Shown here piece after piece: positions 55,516-63,788 of a stretch of DNA of 64,000 bases (position 1 is its first letter; each line of letters opens with the position of its first letter). The position numbers and the translations under genes are program-made. The stretch is from a virus, in the IMG/VR virus record IMGVR_UViG_3300002061_000003. One strand, given 5' to 3'. The notes beneath the pieces are model-generated. The model saw only the letters and a program-made list of their open reading frames with translations, did not search any database and was not told the origin of the DNA.

Positions 55516-55938
55516 TTACCCCGAAGACGCAAGAACAGTTGAAGAACTGGCAAGAACAGTTGAAGAACTTGCCAAGACGGATGTTGGTGTGGTTGTTTGG
55601 CCACTAGCTGGACCAAGCTCTCCTTGAACCTTGATAAGCAAATACCCATCGTTAGGCTCAGAAATGACAGAATTGTCAGCCAATGTAACCCGAAACTCAC
55701 CATGATATAGGCCGCTCAAGGGATCTGTTTGGCTGGCAGAAAATGTATGTTTCAGCACCCAATTAGGTGATTCACCTGAGATAGTGACGGCTCCACTCTC
55801 GAGAACCGTCACCATATCGAGATCAGCCATGTGAAATACAGCAGTAGCGCCTCCCAAATCGAGAGCACTTTCGAACACGTGGCTGATAGCTGGACGTGAA
55901 TCGCCGCTTTTGATGTTGATAGGCGTACTGAGTCCCAT
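55516..55938 (-). CDS. BppU N-terminal-like adaptor protein
   Basis: 'IKSGDS.P', 'DL.GATAVF.M', 'T...G.Y.GEF.VT..D.S..S.PNDGY..I'. Confidence 0.65.
   Translation of the reverse strand: MGLSTPINIKSGDSRPAISHVFESALDLGGATAVFHMADLDMVTVLESGAVTISGESPNWVLKHTFSASQTDPLSGLYHGEFRVTLADNSVISEPNDGYLLIKVQGELGPASGQTTTPTSVLASSSTVLASSSTVLASSG
55521..55583 (-). repeat. Three 21-nt tandem repeats encoding (S/T)VLASS(S/G)
   Basis: Plus strand ...AAGAACAGTTGAAGAACTGGC AAGAACAGTTGAAGAACTTGC... Confidence 0.8.
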
Positions 55939-55939
55939 A

Positions 55940-56251
55940 TTAGGCTCCGTTATTGGGTAAGACGAGCAATTCGTCGTTTGTATGCAGATGCATGATCAAT
56001 GGCTGCATATCTTGTGTAAAGAGCAAGCCTTTTGATGCAGTAACTTCAGTATCTGTTTCATGTGCAGCACGTGTATTGATGAAAAATGCACAGCCCCAGC
56101 AACGAACGATACGAACAGCGTTTACTTCTGGTGATGTAGCTTCGGATACCCAAAGCGTTTCGACATCAGCATCCAAAACATCAACGACTTTGTCAATAAT
56201 GCCTGTTGCTTCAATCAGCTTTAGGAATTCAATGCGGATATGTGGAGTCAC
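55940..56251 (-). CDS. Hypothetical virion protein
   Basis: GTG start overlapping the portal stop; GAGG RBS. Confidence 0.6.
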   Translation of the reverse strand: MTPHIRIEFLKLIEATGIIDKVVDVLDADVETLWVSEATSPEVNAVRIVRCWGCAFFINTRAAHETDTEVTASKGLLFTQDMQPLIMHLHTNDELLVLPNNGA

Positions 56252-57639
56252 GAAGTTTCCTCTTCTTCCGTTGAGGTGGTTTCCTCGGTCACTTCTTCTA
56301 CGACATCTACTTCAGCGTCAGATTCTAACGAACCATCTTGAGCATCGGAATTGGTAGCACCAGCCGGAGCAGGTCCAGTAACGCCAATGATTGATCTGCC
56401 TTCGTCAACAGACACAACAGGGTTCGTATCTGACAATGCTTTTGATACGTTTGCAAGTGAACGAGCTTTTTGCGCAGATGTTTGCGCTCGCTCGAGTGGG
56501 TTCTGACGAAATGCATCAGGCCACAAGAATTTCAAGTCTTCTGCTTTAGGTAAAGCACCATTTTCGATTTGCATCTTGATAAACCGTTTCAGGATGATCG
56601 GATTTGCAAACAAATTGCGGCGTTCTTCAATACGAGTCGCCCAATTTGCACGATCCTGCTCAGATGCAAGCTGCCCAGCCTCAGAACCAAGCAGAATACG
56701 TTGTGGAATACCAGTTGCGCCTGAGATCAACGACATAATGACACCAAATGTGCCACGTGGATCAGCTACATCGCTGCCAAGATTGTTGATTTTGACGCCT
56801 TTTGTACGAATAACACGCCGCAAATTGTGCATATATTCGTCAATTTCGTCGGAAAGTTCTTCAGCATCCTCGGTTTTGAGGTCCATTTCCTTATCAACAT
56901 CAACCTGTAAACCGCGGTTAGATGTCAACCAAAACGTCTCTGCTGAGCCGCCAACAGTCTTCAAAAGGTCGTCTAACAGGTTAAATACGCGCTGCATCCG
57001 CGGATAACCATAGACATTATCTTCCATAATGTTCTCAGCAATGTGCAATACACGACTTCTATGCACATTAAATGGGTGGAACATCAAACCATTAATGCCT
57101 GATTTGCGGCCAAAAGTCCGACTAGCCATGGAAGAGTTCTCAAGATCGCCAGGACGAATCTGATACATGCGAGGCATGCCGAATTGTGGGCTCTGTGGAT
57201 CATCTTCCCATTCGATAATCTCAGCATTGACCTCACTGTAAGGCTGCAGATAGATAACTTCGTTCTTACCGTTGCGAACAGGTTGATCAGGCTTTAACCC
57301 ATCACGGTATCCAACAAGAATGACGGAATAACGTCCAACACCGCAAAGCTTATCTGCACGGTTAAACTTCTCATAGACATCGAAATCGTCCACAAGATCT
57401 TTCCAAGCCTTGTCAAAGGCAGTATTTGCAGTTACTTCAGGAGGATTTGACCAAGTAGCTCGTGGCTCAGCCTCAACGATCCGTGCTGCAATGTCTTGGC
57501 GTACGAATTTGTCAAGCATCTGAGCATATGAGATGGCTGAATGATAACCAAACACAGCATACAGATCACGTGCTCCACCGAACATACGACCTAGCATACC
57601 ACCAAAGGCTCTCATGCGTTCTGTTAGTACATTACCCAT
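56248..57639 (-). CDS. Portal protein (DUF1073/anti-CBASS-annotated portal family)
   Basis: 'DIAARIV', 'YLQPY', 'P.FGMP..Y', 'HRSRVLH', 'G..RM...FN.L.DL.K..GGSAE.FW', 'GIPQRILLGSEAG'. Confidence 0.9.
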   Translation of the reverse strand: MGNVLTERMRAFGGMLGRMFGGARDLYAVFGYHSAISYAQMLDKFVRQDIAARIVEAEPRATWSNPPEVTANTAFDKAWKDLVDDFDVYEKFNRADKLCGVGRYSVILVGYRDGLKPDQPVRNGKNEVIYLQPYSEVNAEIIEWEDDPQSPQFGMPRMYQIRPGDLENSSMASRTFGRKSGINGLMFHPFNVHRSRVLHIAENIMEDNVYGYPRMQRVFNLLDDLLKTVGGSAETFWLTSNRGLQVDVDKEMDLKTEDAEELSDEIDEYMHNLRRVIRTKGVKINNLGSDVADPRGTFGVIMSLISGATGIPQRILLGSEAGQLASEQDRANWATRIEERRNLFANPIILKRFIKMQIENGALPKAEDLKFLWPDAFRQNPLERAQTSAQKARSLANVSKALSDTNPVVSVDEGRSIIGVTGPAPAGATNSDAQDGSLESDAEVDVVEEVTEETTSTEEEETS

Positions 57640-59308
57640 TACGTCTACGTCCCCATGTCGATCCAGTTACCGAAACGTTTGCTTTTGCTGTGGTTGGAGC
57701 ATCAGTAGCAGCGTTCGGAACTTTTCTACCCCAAGTAGGGCTTTGATGTTTCTTGCCAAGCAATTTGTTGTACCCGATAGCACAGGTGTCTACTTGGTCG
57801 TCATTGCTTCCATCAGGGAAGTCTTCGAATTCATCTAACCAGGTTTCATTCCAGCTTCTTTTCAACAACTTAACCTTGCCAGCTTCACAAGCAGCTAAGA
57901 ATGGTTGTGCACGGACAACTTTGCTCTTAGATGCTGGACATCCTTCAACCGTGTATTCAGGGAGAATGTTGTTGGTGTAATGCGATACAAGTTGTAAGCC
58001 CGAAGCTCCAGGTTCTTGCTCAATATAGACAGCAGTATCAATGCCGTCAGCTTCAGCTACCCGTAATACTTCAGCTTCGGTTGTTTCTGGTGACCAACGG
58101 CCTCGTTTAATGTCGACAACCCATGCAAGACGTGTTACCTTATCAACAGCGAGAAGAGTTCCTACACTTGGATCAGACTCTTTACCTTTACCACCACCGA
58201 AATCCCAAATCCGGGCAAATTCCAAGACTTGATTATTAGGTGGTAGGTGATCAACGATTTCAATCCAATTGCGGTCAGTTAGTTTGGATGCATCATCTTC
58301 AGGTTCTTGTTGAAAGATAGCATTGAAGAATAGAGTTCCCAGCACTCTTTTGCGATCAGCAAGCTGATCCGCATCATAACGGGCTTCGAACAGCGGTTCA
58401 CCAACCTTACGTCCCAAGGGATCATTTGCCATAGCAATAGCATGAAACTTGATATAATCCCACCCAGTAGGATTCTCAGCAGACACAACACCGAATTCTT
58501 TAATAATACGGCCAATCAAATCATCTTTATGCCAACGTGTAGCAATGATGATCATGGAAGCATCAGGCTCTAGTCTGTGATATGCTGTACCAGTAAACCA
58601 TTCCCAATCAGCATTACGCTTGCCTTTGGATAGTGCTTCAGCCATTGTCTTGATATAATCGTCAATCAGGAAGACATTAGCACCCTTACCAGTAATTGCA
58701 CCACCAAGACCAACGGACAGCATGCCGCCACCCTTTGTAGTCATAAATCTGCCCACAGACTTTACGTCGGGTCGAATGCGTTCATCGAGGAGATGTTGGT
58801 TGCTTTCGAAGAGGTCCCGTACCTCACGACCGAAGTCTGTGGACAGATCCGCACCATACGTCGCCAAGATGATGTTCAAGTGCGGAAAGTTTTCCAAGAT
58901 CCAAATGGGTGTAGCAATTGTTGCCAATCGGCTTTTACCATGTCTCGGAGGCCAAGAAATAATCAGTCGACCATTAGGCTTGGCAATTGTTTGGGCAATC
59001 TTCAATGATGCCTGAAGCAGGAAATTTTCAGGAATCCACTTTTTGTCGATGCGAGAATATAGTGTTGCAGGTGTCAGCTTATAGTTTTGAGCCAAACGCT
59101 CAGCAGCATGTTTTGCGAAGGCACTGTTTGGATTCCCGGCTCCCAGCGGGCGAGAGGCGTTAGCGAATGTTTCTAAACCTTCTTCCTCAATCATCTCCTT
59201 TGCACGTTCTTCAAGATCAAGCAGACGCTCGGCATCGATGACTACATCACCCTCCTCATACCGTGGTGCAGCGTTACTTGCTCCCATATGCGCAGGATTG
59301 TTACTCAT
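57632..59308 (-). CDS. terL: Terminase large subunit
   Basis: 'PPRHGKS', 'GGAITGKGA...IDDYIK', 'ATRWH.DDL.G', 'WDFG', 'IEQEPGASG', 'FPDGSNDDQVD'. Confidence 0.95.
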   Translation of the reverse strand: MSNNPAHMGASNAAPRYEEGDVVIDAERLLDLEERAKEMIEEEGLETFANASRPLGAGNPNSAFAKHAAERLAQNYKLTPATLYSRIDKKWIPENFLLQASLKIAQTIAKPNGRLIISWPPRHGKSRLATIATPIWILENFPHLNIILATYGADLSTDFGREVRDLFESNQHLLDERIRPDVKSVGRFMTTKGGGMLSVGLGGAITGKGANVFLIDDYIKTMAEALSKGKRNADWEWFTGTAYHRLEPDASMIIIATRWHKDDLIGRIIKEFGVVSAENPTGWDYIKFHAIAMANDPLGRKVGEPLFEARYDADQLADRKRVLGTLFFNAIFQQEPEDDASKLTDRNWIEIVDHLPPNNQVLEFARIWDFGGGKGKESDPSVGTLLAVDKVTRLAWVVDIKRGRWSPETTEAEVLRVAEADGIDTAVYIEQEPGASGLQLVSHYTNNILPEYTVEGCPASKSKVVRAQPFLAACEAGKVKLLKRSWNETWLDEFEDFPDGSNDDQVDTCAIGYNKLLGKKHQSPTWGRKVPNAATDAPTTAKANVSVTGSTWGRRRNG

Positions 59309-59309
59309 C

Positions 59310-60335
59310 TCAGTCCTTCCGATTCGCTTCGCCAACCTTGATGACAAGCTCTTGTGCCATCATAGCTGTTTCAGGATCATTCAAAAGGACTGAGAGATCA
59401 GTCTTGTTTGTATCAGATTCACGTGCATTTGGATCTTGAGCACCAGAAGCAATCTGACGGAGGACAACCTCAACGTCAGCATTCTTGGATACATTTGATC
59501 CGCTATCTCCAGCAGCATGTCCATGTGCAGATAGACCAATTGACGTGCGCTGCAGTTTCGCAAGCTTGTCCAGCATGTCAATTGCAACCTTTGGGCTGAG
59601 TTCTTTCAACCAAGCTACATCACCATCATCATCGACCTTGTCGAAGTATCCGAGAAGCTTCCCGAACAACTTTTCTGCCTGCAAGAAGTGTTGGTCTGTC
59701 GTCGACAAAATACGACGCTCACGCAATTTGTGATATGCAGCAACTCTGAACAAGTCATATGCTTTACAACGAATTGCCCAATTGTAATATATATAGTAGT
59801 CACGAATCTGTTTGCGAGCATTACCGTTTAGCAGTGCAAGTGACGACTGTTGCTCATTAGCAGCAATATCGTAAAACAGGTCTTCGATCCGACGAGCACC
59901 AGACTTTTCACCCATCTCTAGGTAGATCTTGAATGCGTCATATGCTTCGACAGGTTCAAATGGCATCTGACTCCAAAAAGCCGTACCATCTGTGAATGTA
60001 GGAAAGCCTTCGTCATAGAGAATGTCGATCGCCGCACCGGATAATACCTGTGCTTTTTCCTCCGCCGAGAATGATTCAATATCCTCAGGGATTAGATCAG
60101 GACGTAAAATGAAGACTGGAAGGCCGTAATCGTTTTTTGGAACCCCATCAGAGACGCTCCTAAATGCTTGACTGCGTTGCTGTTCGATTGCTTTTGGCAA
60201 TCCTTCAGGCAAAGCATCCATACCACAATCTAGTTCAAAACCCATTACATTCATCGCAGACGAATCTCCATGGCGCAGCGTAACTTGACCTTCGGAAGGT
60301 ACAGAGTTACTCATAGGTGATTGATCTGTCGACAT
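59310..60335 (-). CDS. terS: Terminase small subunit (putative)
   Basis: First gene of the late operon, upstream of terL; 'E...AY.AF..YL.MG...G.R' and 'W..R.KAYD' pattern. Confidence 0.65.
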   Translation of the reverse strand: MSTDQSPMSNSVPSEGQVTLRHGDSSAMNVMGFELDCGMDALPEGLPKAIEQQRSQAFRSVSDGVPKNDYGLPVFILRPDLIPEDIESFSAEEKAQVLSGAAIDILYDEGFPTFTDGTAFWSQMPFEPVEAYDAFKIYLEMGEKSGARRIEDLFYDIAANEQQSSLALLNGNARKQIRDYYIYYNWAIRCKAYDLFRVAAYHKLRERRILSTTDQHFLQAEKLFGKLLGYFDKVDDDGDVAWLKELSPKVAIDMLDKLAKLQRTSIGLSAHGHAAGDSGSNVSKNADVEVVLRQIASGAQDPNARESDTNKTDLSVLLNDPETAMMAQELVIKVGEANRKD

Positions 60336-60374
60336 TTTAGTGGGAAACCTGAAACAGTTGCTTTGCTTGCTTGT

Positions 60375-60392
60375 TTTTGACCTGAAAGGTCA
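60375..60392. promoter_or_regulatory. Palindromic operator-like site just downstream of the late promoter
   Basis: TTTTGACCTGAAAGGTCA (TGACC-N5-GGTCA), same GAC-N7-GTC geometry as the plus-strand promoter element. Confidence 0.55.
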
Positions 60393-60404
60393 TGCGTTAT
60401 CTTG

Positions 60405-60443
60405 AGTATATAGCATTTTTGGGCATTTGTCAAGAGGGTTTTT
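60405..60443 (-). promoter_or_regulatory. Main late promoter
   Basis: Minus strand AAAAACCCTC-TTGACA-N17-TATACT. Confidence 0.85.
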
Positions 60444-60653
60444 AAATGGTTTAAAAAATTTTTTGACGTGCCTTTAATGACATATTCAGCAGGCATGCTT
60501 AGGATATTTCTGGGGATAGGACAAAATTTTCGAACCCTTTAATACGGTCAGGGACATGACCTGAACTCCGTCGGCGAAGATTCCTCATAATCGTACCCGT
60601 AATAATCGGATAAAAACGGCCGCAACTAAATACGATAAAACCCAAGAAAAGAG

Positions 60654-60683
60654 TTGCGGTCAGCATAGGTTTGCGGCTATATT
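60654..60683 (+). promoter_or_regulatory. Early promoter, TTG(A/C)GGTC class
   Basis: TTGCGG-N18-TATATT; inverted copy CCGCAACT at about 60620-60627. Confidence 0.6.
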
Positions 60684-60745
60684 ATATATAGAAGAACAAG
60701 AGAACAGTTCTTCGACAAACAAACGTAAACAAAAGGAACTAACAT

Positions 60746-61003
60746 ATGGCTAAAGCACAACGCGCAGCAAGCGCAACAGAGACTACGACTGAAGCGACTG
60801 AAGCAAAGGTCGAGAAGGTCAATCAGGTACTCGCTAATGAGGACATGAAGAAGGTCGCTGAAGAGTACAAGACGAAGTCAGCAATGATTCGGTACTTCAC
60901 AAGTAAAGAGTACACACGGTCAGACATTGCTAAGGCAATGGGCATTCGCTATCAGCATGTACGTAATGTTCAGGTAGCTGACTTGGCTAAAGCAGAAGCA
61001 TAA
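60746..61003 (+). CDS. Small HTH DNA-binding protein
   Basis: 'TKSAMIRYF...TRSDIAKAMGIRYQHVRNV'; AAGGA RBS. Confidence 0.8.
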   Translation: MAKAQRAASATETTTEATEAKVEKVNQVLANEDMKKVAEEYKTKSAMIRYFTSKEYTRSDIAKAMGIRYQHVRNVQVADLAKAEA

Positions 61004-61015
61004 GTCAAATGACAA

Positions 61016-61045
61016 TAGGGAGTAGGGCTAAGGCTCTACTCTCTA
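61016..61045 (+). terminator. Strong hairpin, probable terminator
   Basis: TAGGGAGTAGGGC-TAAG-GCTCTACTCTCTA. Confidence 0.7.
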
Positions 61046-61063
61046 GTCGTTATTATTTAACAG

Positions 61064-61092
61064 TTGATGTCAAGCATCGATTGCTATATAAT
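61064..61092 (+). promoter_or_regulatory. Sigma70-like promoter
   Basis: TTGATG-N17-TATAAT. Confidence 0.7.
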
Positions 61093-61112
61093 AAAGACAT
61101 AGGATGCTACAG

Positions 61113-61247
61113 ATGGACTACGAGTATAAAAAGGATTGCAAAATGATGTCAGCTAGGGCTAAGGCTGTTGACTGTGTCATAGGTAAGCTCTTAGGCGTAC
61201 TCGCTGTTGCTATGACTGTGGCTAAGTATGCATGGCTAGTACTATAA
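61113..61247 (+). CDS. Small hydrophobic peptide (44 aa)
   Basis: AGGA RBS; MDYEYKKDCKMMSARAKAVDCVIGKLLGVLAVAMTVAKYAWLVL. Confidence 0.5.
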   Translation: MDYEYKKDCKMMSARAKAVDCVIGKLLGVLAVAMTVAKYAWLVL

Positions 61248-61257
61248 GGAGTAATAC

Positions 61258-61347
61258 ATGAAGGGACTATTCTACGGCATGGTCGTAGGCTGGATAATAG
61301 TAGTAAGTATCGGGCTTACTATTCTACTAGTAATCAAATAACATAAG
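61258..61347 (+). CDS. Single-TM micropeptide (29 aa)
   Basis: AAGGAG RBS; MKGLFYGMVVGWIIVVSIGLTILLVNQIT. Confidence 0.6.
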
Positions 61348-61355
61348 GACAAAAC

Positions 61356-61580
61356 ATGAATACACTACAGCTGACGGATGAACAGGTCGAAGCTCTACAG
61401 TCTATTGTGGCACATGGACTGCCATATGCTAGGGCTTCATTGGAACAGGCGTGTATAGCTGAGGCAGCACACTACTGCAAGCATCACACGGACTTCGATG
61501 ATCTACGGGGCATAATACAGAATTATGACTTGTTAATCGAGGCACTAAATAATACGGCTGCATTGATTCAAGGGGAATAA
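61356..61580 (+). CDS. Hypothetical early protein
   Basis: AAGGA RBS; followed by a terminator. Confidence 0.7.
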   Translation: MNTLQLTDEQVEALQSIVAHGLPYARASLEQACIAEAAHYCKHHTDFDDLRGIIQNYDLLIEALNNTAALIQGE

Positions 61581-61608
61581 AGGATGGCGCTTCGGCGCCT
61601 ATTCTTTT
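61580..61608 (+). terminator. Rho-independent terminator with UUCG loop
   Basis: GGCGC-TTCG-GCGCC then TATTCTTTT. Confidence 0.8.
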
Positions 61609-61754
61609 AAGCTAGGACGGACCAGGTCGGATGCCACGCTTCAACGGCGCTACGGAGTGGCTGGTGACATGGTCCTACTCTTTAACGGGAGGTCCAATGA
61701 CCGATTTTGCCCAATTGCTACAACACGCGCCTGGTTCCTTTTATTTGACCTTAA

Positions 61755-61793
61755 TTTTGACTATTGCGGTCCATATCGATTTCATGTTATAAT
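61755..61793 (+). promoter_or_regulatory. Promoter with TTTTGAC-N7-GTC element
   Basis: TTTTGACTATTGCGGTC ... TATAAT. Confidence 0.7.
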
Positions 61794-61819
61794 AATGACA
61801 TAGCAGCGAGGAGACTGAG

Positions 61820-62083
61820 ATGCCAAATGCGGTATATGACAACAAGTTTACAGAAGAGCGTGTAGGTCCGAAAGTAATGCCAACTCCTAAGAGGATCGAG
61901 GATCCGCAAGCTTGGGTACGTGAGGCTCGCAAAGTCATCCCTGCTATACCTGACGTATCGAAAACCGATTGGATGATCACGGACTTCGATACTGCACTTG
62001 ACATCATCTTGATCGGTCTGGCAAATACGGTCGGTGAGAAAGCAAACATTGCCATTGACAGGAGAGTTAAAGCCTTGGGCTGA
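61820..62083 (+). CDS. Hypothetical early protein
   Basis: GAGGAG RBS. Confidence 0.75.
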   Translation: MPNAVYDNKFTEERVGPKVMPTPKRIEDPQAWVREARKVIPAIPDVSKTDWMITDFDTALDIILIGLANTVGEKANIAIDRRVKALG

Positions 62084-62285
62084 TTGACCACATACCAAGC
62101 TGCTGACTATATCTTCCTTATTCTACCCTAAAATGGACCAGGTCCAATAAGGCAATACGGGCGATGACCTGTGGTGTTGGTGTTGCCGCCCACATTACCA
62201 GGTAATTTCTTTAGGTAGGTATTTTTGGTCAGAAAATTTCCAGATTTGACATGTCGGTCAGGTCCGCCCAAGCAAAATTGTGTGT

Positions 62286-62313
62286 TTGACATGTCTAAAT
62301 TGTACGTTATAAT
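62286..62313 (+). promoter_or_regulatory. Consensus promoter firing into the inverted repeat
   Basis: TTGACA-N16-TATAAT with no ORF downstream. Confidence 0.6.
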
Positions 62314-62318
62314 ACGAT

Positions 62319-62561
62319 TTACTACAATAATGTGATCGAATACCACGTTAGATCGTTGATTTTAAACAACAAATTACGATTTATTAATTAATTATATTAG
62401 TCTTCTCTATCTATATTTATACATATAAATTCTTATTCTTTTTTATGTCTTTCCTATTTCTTCTTTTTTCTACAGATAAAATACTTAATTAATTAATAAA
62501 ACGTAATTCTACTAATGATTTCAACGACTTAACATGGCATTTGTTCACATTGTTGTAGTAA
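62319..62561. repeat. 76-bp imperfect inverted repeat flanking a 91-nt AT/pyrimidine-rich core (probable replication origin)
   Basis: Arms 62319-62394 and 62486-62561 match at 58/76 positions ungapped (manual count). Confidence 0.85.
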
Positions 62562-62586
62562 GTTACACAAGTCACATAGATTTCCC

Positions 62587-62616
62587 TTGATTGACCATCC
62601 AACTCTGTGTTATACT
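62587..62616 (+). promoter_or_regulatory. Promoter with CCCTTGATTGACC element
   Basis: TTGATT-N18-TATACT; same TTGATTGACCA core as at 18522. Confidence 0.6.
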
Positions 62617-62659
62617 AACATAACCACCTACTCTACCTTTCAACTACGAGGATCATCCC

Positions 62660-63229
62660 ATGTCTGATAATATCGACATCGAAACAGCATCTGACATCTA
62701 CAAAGCTGACATGCTCAAAGCTGCTGAGATCACGGACAAATACTTTAGACATGAAGCTGAACAAGAGGCTAAGCGTAATGAACTTAAACGCCAAGATCCT
62801 TCAGCTAAGTCACCTTCGACAGATGACATACCAAATGATTGGCCTACACCATCTGTTATGAATTGCCAACTGCCAGCAATCAAGATGAAACCTGGTTGGG
62901 TCTTGTATTACGGCCGATACCATTATGACCAGGATATATACAAACAACTCCTCGAGACTGGTGCAAATACAGCCCTTGCTAAGATAGAAGACAACGTCGG
63001 TATTCCAACGAGATCGTCATGTGTACCTCTGACAGAAGAAGAATATGAACCATACCAGAAACACATGTATCCAGGTAGATATCCATTCAAAGAGATGAAA
63101 CCTGGGCAATCCATAGTTGCGCCATTACGCATAAGAAGTCAAGTCCATTCACTTACCCGTAAGATAGAATATGACTTCATGTTGCGGCAAATCAATGCTA
63201 CACAAGTACGTATCTGGTGTCTAGGTTAA
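62660..63229 (+). CDS. Hypothetical early protein
   Basis: GAGGA RBS; C-terminal 'YPFKEMKPGQS...R...RIW' pattern of small phage DNA-binding domains. Confidence 0.75.
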   Translation: MSDNIDIETASDIYKADMLKAAEITDKYFRHEAEQEAKRNELKRQDPSAKSPSTDDIPNDWPTPSVMNCQLPAIKMKPGWVLYYGRYHYDQDIYKQLLETGANTALAKIEDNVGIPTRSSCVPLTEEEYEPYQKHMYPGRYPFKEMKPGQSIVAPLRIRSQVHSLTRKIEYDFMLRQINATQVRIWCLG

Positions 63230-63263
63230 ATCTCATTTTCTCATTTTCCGATTTAGGTTCGCA

Positions 63264-63301
63264 TTTTGACAGTTGAGGTCTTCAAACGCTTGCTTTATAC
63301 T
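63264..63301 (+). promoter_or_regulatory. Promoter with TTTTGAC-N7-GTC element
   Basis: TTTTGACAGTTGAGGTC; TTGAGG-N17-TATACT. Confidence 0.75.
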
Positions 63302-63334
63302 AAACAATATCAACACAACAAGCGAGCATATGAA

Positions 63335-63658
63335 ATGGCATACACTGTACCGGAATGCACTAACCTGAACACCGACAATCCTATCGCAGACAAGGCTCTA
63401 CTACTATTCGCCGAGTTTACCGAGTTTGAGGATATCGCTTCAGATACCTGCAATACGATGATTGGTCTTGATTTTGAGATTGCCATTAACGCAAGGCCTA
63501 ACCAGTTTGGGCTCGACGAGTATGATGCAAAGATCGCAAGGGCAATTGCAACCAGCATCTACTACACCTACATGAGGTCTCTCGCCGAAGAAACGGGCGA
63601 CACCGATGGCGAAGGTGCTGGTGTTGGCACTGTAATTATGCTGTCAGAAAATAATTGA
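63335..63658 (+). CDS. Acidic hypothetical protein
   Basis: In-frame ATG 63335 downstream of the promoter. Confidence 0.65.
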   Translation: MAYTVPECTNLNTDNPIADKALLLFAEFTEFEDIASDTCNTMIGLDFEIAINARPNQFGLDEYDAKIARAIATSIYYTYMRSLAEETGDTDGEGAGVGTVIMLSENN

Positions 63659-63678
63659 TGTCAAAGTGATTTCGACAC

Positions 63679-63707
63679 TTGATATTCATCGAGATGCAAT
63701 ATAATAT
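63679..63707 (+). promoter_or_regulatory. Promoter for the RTX-like gene
   Basis: TTGATA-N17-TAATAT. Confidence 0.55.
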
Positions 63708-63788
63708 GAATGTGTGAGGGAAACCACAGGAATGCGAAACAACCTCGCACTCCAGTCCAACCAACTAAACTTAGTGAAGGAATTAAGT

